DNA of 32,000 nt from Methanothermus fervidus DSM 2088 (GTDB taxonomy: Archaea; Methanobacteriota; Methanobacteria; DSM-2088; Methanothermaceae): positions 630,001 to 662,000 of the forward strand of contig CP002278.1 in assembly GCA_000166095.1 (NCBI GenBank), given 5' to 3'. The notes below the pieces were generated by a model that saw nothing but the letters and a program-made list of their open reading frames with translations, did not search any database and had not been told where the DNA came from. The position numbers and the translations under genes were made by a program. This document shows, in pieces, positions 27,888 to 32,000 of the stretch. Positions within the stretch are counted from its first letter, which is position 1. Every line of letters starts with the position of its first letter.

Positions 27888-28775
27888 CTAAATAAGTGAT
27901 AACCTTTCCAATATTTCTCTTAAAGTTTTTTTATTTTCTTCTTTTAACGATGCTAAAGGCATTCTTACATGTCCTGCTGGTCTTCCCATCATATTCAATG
28001 CCTCTTTTACAGGGGCAGGGTTAGTTTCAATAAACAATGCCTCCATGAGTTCATAAAGTTCATAATGTTTTTTCTTAGCTGTTTCAAAATCACCTTTTAA
28101 AGCACTTTTTACTAGTTCACACATTCTGGTTGGATCTACGTTGGCAACAACGGAAACAACGCCTTTAGCACCCATAGAAATCATTGGCAAAGTTAAATTG
28201 TCATTTCCTGAAAGAACTATAAAATCTAAATTTGTATCCATGGTTTCTTTAATAATCATGGAAACTTTATTTAAATCCGTGCTAGCCTCTTTTATTCCTA
28301 CAATATTGTCAACTTTTGCCAGTTCGCACAAAACATCTACACCTATATCTATTCCAGTTCTTGATGGTACATTATAGATGATAATAGGAATATCTGATTT
28401 CTCAGCCAATGTTTTGTAATGTTTTATTAGTCCATGTGGTTGTGGTTTATTGTAGTATGGTGTTATAACAAGTGCTGCATCTGCCCCAGCGTCTTCAGCA
28501 TATTTTACTAATCCAAGTGCCTCTCTAGAAGAATTACTTCCTGCACCTGCTACTGCAGTTACTCTACCATTTACTTCATCTACGAGTATGTCTATAAGCC
28601 TTCTATGTTCTTCATGAGTTATTGTCGCTGATTCTCCTGTTGTACCTGCAGCTAAAAGTCCATCAACGCCTTTTTCAATCAAATAATTTATATTTTCACG
28701 CATTCCTTCTTCATCTATCTCATCATCTTTTGTAAAAGGAGTTACCATAGCAACTATCGTTCCTTCGATCTTCAT
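27888..28775 (-). CDS. dapA: 4-hydroxy-tetrahydrodipicolinate synthase
   Basis: 295-aa ORF. VAMVTPF..., [10 protein letters not shown]..., YNVPSRTG and GIKEAS (Schiff-base Lys) motifs. Confidence 0.92.
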   Translation of the reverse strand: MKIEGTIVAMVTPFTKDDEIDEEGMRENINYLIEKGVDGLLAAGTTGESATITHEEHRRLIDILVDEVNGRVTAVAGAGSNSSREALGLVKYAEDAGADAALVITPYYNKPQPHGLIKHYKTLAEKSDIPIIIYNVPSRTGIDIGVDVLCELAKVDNIVGIKEASTDLNKVSMIIKETMDTNLDFIVLSGNDNLTLPMISMGAKGVVSVVANVDPTRMCELVKSALKGDFETAKKKHYELYELMEALFIETNPAPVKEALNMMGRPAGHVRMPLASLKEENKKTLREILERLSLI

Positions 28776-28828
28776 TTTTCACACCCAAAATATACTATGA
28801 AAAAAGTTAAATATTGATTTTACGAAAA

Positions 28829-30055
28829 TCATGAGGATCCTAAAACATCGCGAACAAGATTATAGACTTTTTCGCAATCTTTCCATTCTACAAAAATAAC
28901 TATTGATGTCTGGGAAGATGAAATTTCCACAATGTTTATGTTATGTTTTTTCAATGGTTCTGTAATTTTTGAAATAATTCCAGGAGTTGTTACAAAATCA
29001 GGGCTTGAAACACTTATCATTCCTACATCTTTACCTATGGATACAGAACTAAGATCCTTGTCTTTAATAACTAATTCATGTAAAATTTTATGGGCTTTCC
29101 TAGCATCTTTTTTGTTAACAAATAAAGTTACAGAATTTTGGCCTGTAGAAATTCCTAAAATATTTATATTATCTTTTGCAAGTCTGGAAGTTATTTTAGC
29201 AAGTATGCCTGGCTTATAAAGTATCTCTTCACCAACTACTGCTATAACAGATAATGGTTCTGGATAGGACATTGTTGTTTTTAAAGTTTTCTCTTTTGAT
29301 GGTCCTATAATTTCAGTTCCAGGTGCAGATAAATCTCCATGCTTAAAACTTATTATTTTTGCTCTTAAATTAGGTTCTTTATATTTTAATGCATCTGGAT
29401 GTAAAACCTTTGCACCATGTGTGGCCAAATCCCTCATTTCTTCTACTGATATTTTTTCCAATCTTTTTGCACTTTTTATTAAATTAGGGTCTGTCGTCAT
29501 TACTCCACTTACATCAGTAACAATGATAACCTCATCTGCATTTAAACACTTTGCTAGAACAAAAGCAGTTACGTCACTTCCACCTCTTCCCAATGTTGTA
29601 ATATGTCCTTCCTTGTCTTTACCAAGAAATCCACATATAACTGGAATTATTCCTTCATCCAGAAGATTTAATATATTTTTTGACAATTTTTTGGTTGTTT
29701 CTAAATCTACTTCAGCGTTTAATAGATTACTATCAGTTATTATTGGCCATTTATCGCTAAATGGATCTATATATTCAGATTTTACTCCAAAAGATTCTAT
29801 AGCAGATGCAAATATTCTAGCACTGGTCATTTCACCCATAGAAATTACTTCAGCCAACTGTTTTTCTGTTACAATATTTTTTGTTGCATCTTCTACAATT
29901 TTAATTAGCTCATCTGTTGTTTTGTTTATGGCAGAAACTACGACTACTACTTTCTTTCCAGACATGTATTCTTTAACTACCGCATTGGCAGCCTTTCTAA
30001 TTCTTTTTCCATTCCCTATTGATGTCCCACCAAATTTAACAACTATTAGTGCCAT
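28829..30055 (-). CDS. lysC: Aspartate kinase (with C-terminal ACT domains)
   Basis: 408-aa [12 protein letters not shown]-terminus, GRGGSD and [11 protein letters not shown] motifs, and two C-terminal ACT-like repeats. Confidence 0.9.
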   Translation of the reverse strand: MALIVVKFGGTSIGNGKRIRKAANAVVKEYMSGKKVVVVVSAINKTTDELIKIVEDATKNIVTEKQLAEVISMGEMTSARIFASAIESFGVKSEYIDPFSDKWPIITDSNLLNAEVDLETTKKLSKNILNLLDEGIIPVICGFLGKDKEGHITTLGRGGSDVTAFVLAKCLNADEVIIVTDVSGVMTTDPNLIKSAKRLEKISVEEMRDLATHGAKVLHPDALKYKEPNLRAKIISFKHGDLSAPGTEIIGPSKEKTLKTTMSYPEPLSVIAVVGEEILYKPGILAKITSRLAKDNINILGISTGQNSVTLFVNKKDARKAHKILHELVIKDKDLSSVSIGKDVGMISVSSPDFVTTPGIISKITEPLKKHNINIVEISSSQTSIVIFVEWKDCEKVYNLVRDVLGSS

Positions 30056-30065
30056 TTATACACCA

Positions 30066-30257
30066 TTAAGATGATCTTTGTTTCATAAGTTTTGTTATGT
30101 AACCTGCTATTTTATTTCTCAAATGTTTTGTTTCTACGGTTGAAATTTCTTCTAAAACTGCCTTGTTTTCATCAAAATTGTCTGAAAACTTGTCTGGAAA
30201 AGTTTCTATTAATTCTTTTGCAACTCTTTTTATCAACGCAGTTCTAATGTTTCCCAT
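30066..30257 (-). CDS. rps17e: 30S ribosomal protein S17e (eS17)
   Basis: 63-aa [35 protein letters not shown]..., typical of archaeal S17e. Confidence 0.88.
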   Translation of the reverse strand: MGNIRTALIKRVAKELIETFPDKFSDNFDENKAVLEEISTVETKHLRNKIAGYITKLMKQRSS

Positions 30258-30260
30258 ACA

Positions 30261-30554
30261 CTACCTCCCCATCACTTTTTTTTGTTCTTCTCTATTCATC
30301 TCAGTTAATATCTTTACTATTTTTGTAATTTTCTTTTCATTAATTTTATTTTTTCTAGCAATCTTCCTTGCCTTATTTTCAATTTCTTTCTCCCTTATAG
30401 GGTCTTCAATATCCATACCTAGTATCATTTTTGCTTTTGCTATTTTTTTGCCAAGGAGTGTTCTTTCACAGATAAGCTTCAAAATTTTTTTATCTAATAT
30501 ATCTATTTGTTCTCTTGTTTCATTTAGAATTTTCTTTGCTTCCGATTTATCCAT
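30261..30554 (-). CDS. Chorismate mutase, monofunctional AroQ type
   Basis: 97-aa all-helical ORF. REQIDILDKKILKLICERTLLGKKIAKAK matches the AroQ pattern (R..ID.iD..i..Ll..R......i...K). Confidence 0.8.
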   Translation of the reverse strand: MDKSEAKKILNETREQIDILDKKILKLICERTLLGKKIAKAKMILGMDIEDPIREKEIENKARKIARKNKINEKKITKIVKILTEMNREEQKKVMGR

Positions 30555-31429
30555 TAAATCACCTTTGTTCCTTCATTGTCAACTTCAGTTAATATTACTT
30601 CGCCAGGATATGAATTCCATGCATCCACAACATTGTCAACTTTGTCATTGTCAACAATTGCAATGAAAGAAGGCCCTGTTCCTGAAAGCCCCGAAGCTAG
30701 TGCACCAGCATCCAGTGCATCAAAAATTATATCTGTGTTGAATCCAAGTGCAGAGGAATAAAGTATACCATTCAATGTTAAAGCCTTATAAATATTTTTA
30801 TTTAAAAGTTCTTTGAATGCAATATCTACCCATGGTGATATTAACTTCATTCTTTTTACATCTGCTTCAGCAGTGAAAGATTTTTTCTTAGGATTATATA
30901 TTACTACTTTTTTTTCATCCATTTTACCTTTATATATTATTTCCCTTCTTAAATTATCTGTTATTGTTAATCCTCCAAAAAATGATGCTGTGGCATCGTC
31001 AAAAGCCCCTGTTATTGTCACTCCTGCTTCTAATGATGAATCGATTGCTAATTCTATAATATCCATATCATCTAATTTTTCTGTGTCAAATTCTTCTGAA
31101 ATTAATTCATATACTGCCAAAGTAACTGCATTTGATGCCGCACTACTACTTGATAAACCTGAAGCCACTGGAAGATTTGATTCAGTTTTTATTTTTAATC
31201 CTGTTTTTACCCCTAAACGTTCTAAAACTTTTTTTGCACAAATTTCCATTAGTTTTGTGTCAACTTTAGGTTTTGTACTACATTTAATACCAGAATTAAT
31301 TATTTTAGCTTCAGCAGTAACATAAAGTTTTATTCCAAATGCTGATCCTTTTCCTGTGGCGATAGCATTAATAACTGTTGCTGAACCAGGAGATTTCACC
31401 TTTTTCTTAATAGATATCCCTCCAAACAA
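30554..31429 (-). CDS. aroK: Shikimate kinase, archaeal GHMP-kinase type
   Basis: GHMP motif [15 protein letters not shown] and N-terminal [13 protein letters not shown], as I recall for the MJ1440 family. 1-nt overlap with the chorismate mutase gene. The start is uncertain: TTG 31429 (ORF track) or in-frame GTG 31399, which gives an N-terminus of more typical length. Confidence 0.8.
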   Translation of the reverse strand: MFGGISIKKKVKSPGSATVINAIATGKGSAFGIKLYVTAEAKIINSGIKCSTKPKVDTKLMEICAKKVLERLGVKTGLKIKTESNLPVASGLSSSSAASNAVTLAVYELISEEFDTEKLDDMDIIELAIDSSLEAGVTITGAFDDATASFFGGLTITDNLRREIIYKGKMDEKKVVIYNPKKKSFTAEADVKRMKLISPWVDIAFKELLNKNIYKALTLNGILYSSALGFNTDIIFDALDAGALASGLSGTGPSFIAIVDNDKVDNVVDAWNSYPGEVILTEVDNEGTKVI

Positions 31430-31486
31430 AAATTTTTTCTAGCTTATTATATCATAATTTAGGAATAAAGATTTAGAGGTGATAAT

Positions 31487-31750
31487 GTGGTAGTAAAAAT
31501 AGAGATATTTACATCTCCCACATGCCCTCATTGTCCATCAGCCATTGCATTAGCCGAAGAAATTAAAGAAGAATATGGTAACAAAGTTGAAATTGAAGAA
31601 ATAGATGTGATGGAAAATAGAGAAAAGGCAATAGAATATGGTTTGTTAGCAGTTCCTACAATAGCAATAAATGGAGAAGTTAAATTTGTTGGAACTCCTT
31701 CTAAAGAAGAATTTAAAAGAGCTATTGAAGAAGAATTAAAAAATGAATAA
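31487..31750 (+). CDS. Small thioredoxin/glutaredoxin-like protein (CPHC active site)
   Basis: 87-aa ORF. FTSPTCPHCP active site and cis-Pro region AVPTI. GTG start with AGAGGTGA upstream. Confidence 0.85.
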   Translation: MVVKIEIFTSPTCPHCPSAIALAEEIKEEYGNKVEIEEIDVMENREKAIEYGLLAVPTIAINGEVKFVGTPSKEEFKRAIEEELKNE

Positions 31751-32000
31751 AAGTAAGATAGGAATAACAACGGGTAGTGCAGCCACTGCAGCTGCAACTG
31801 CTTGTATTTTATTTTTAAAAAAATCTAAAAAACCTAAAATTGTAAATATTGATGCACCTGTAGGTAAATTAAAAATTGAAATAAAAAGTATAAAAAAAAT
31901 ATCTAAAAATGAAGCTGAAGCTTTAGTTGTCAAGAAAAAATATCCAGATCCTGATGTAACGATTGGACTTGAAATAGGAGCTAGAGTGAAACTTATAAAT
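31743..32000 (+). CDS. cbiD: Cobalt-precorrin-5B (C1)-methyltransferase, 5' partial (runs off the window)
   Basis: Own translation from ATG 31743: MNKSKIGITTGSAATAAATACILFL...KKKYPDPDVTIGLEIGARV. The TTGSxAxAAA and DPDVT motifs are CbiD hallmarks. Not in the ORF track because there is no stop in the window. ATGAATAA overlap with the thioredoxin stop. Confidence 0.75.
   Translation, partial: MNKSKIGITTGSAATAAATACILFLKKSKKPKIVNIDAPVGKLKIEIKSIKKISKNEAEALVVKKKYPDPDVTIGLEIGARVKLIN

Noticed and set aside
28776-28828. The 53-nt lysC-dapA spacer was examined as a possible attenuator or riboswitch-like leader for lysine regulation.
   Set aside because: It is too short and too AT-rich for a structured element. 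It contains only a T-tract and an SD (GGTG). More likely a simple intercistronic spacer, possibly with a weak internal promoter.
29421-30666. Long plus-strand ORFs (217 aa at 29421-30074, 167 aa at 30163-30666) that could be mistaken for membrane proteins.
   Set aside because: They are antisense to lysC, rps17e and chorismate mutase, all of which carry diagnostic motifs. The apparent hydrophobicity is a codon-complement artefact.

Overview
Compact, very AT-rich archaeal chromosome segment with almost no non-coding DNA. Split rpoB (B''/B'), split rpoA (A'/A''), the rpoH-rpoB2-rpoB1-rpoA1-rpoA2-L30e-nusA-S12 gene string, GC-rich tRNA stems in an AT-rich background and K/E/I-rich proteins all point to a thermophilic methanogen of the Methanobacteriales type. 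That is an inference from gene content, not a database match. Left to right: (1) RNA polymerase/ribosomal operon on the minus strand (7-8593). (2) Four co-oriented tRNA genes directly upstream of rpoH (8631-9063: Lys-UUU, Asp-GUC, Pro-UGG, Thr-UGU). (3) A plus-strand housekeeping block: THUMP RNA methyltransferase, phosphopantothenate synthetase, UPF0200 P-loop kinase-like and UPF0201 proteins. (4) A minus-strand operon of four consecutive proteins with class III (type IV prepilin-like) signal peptides, plus a 3-TM membrane protein, ending translationally coupled to dph6 (11961-17884). (5) A second small unit: HTH regulator, pilin-like protein, polytopic membrane protein (18150-20343). (6) tiaS followed by a tightly coupled four-gene cluster: MmgE/PrpD-family protein, unknown 298-aa protein, Fe-S hydro-lyase alpha-type subunit, short citrate-synthase-family (citryl-CoA-lyase-sized) protein (20364-25473). 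(7) A coiled-coil/wHTH protein, then a minus-strand string aroK-chorismate mutase-rps17e-lysC-dapA-dapB-asd (25474-31429). (8) A small thioredoxin and the 5' part of cbiD. No CRISPR array, mobile element, rRNA or obvious pseudogene was seen. The two stretches most worth follow-up are the pilin-like gene set, which has no assembly ATPase, platform protein or prepilin peptidase in cis, and the PrpD/unknown/Fe-S hydro-lyase/CCL-like operon. I could not match either to a characterised pathway or structure from sequence alone.
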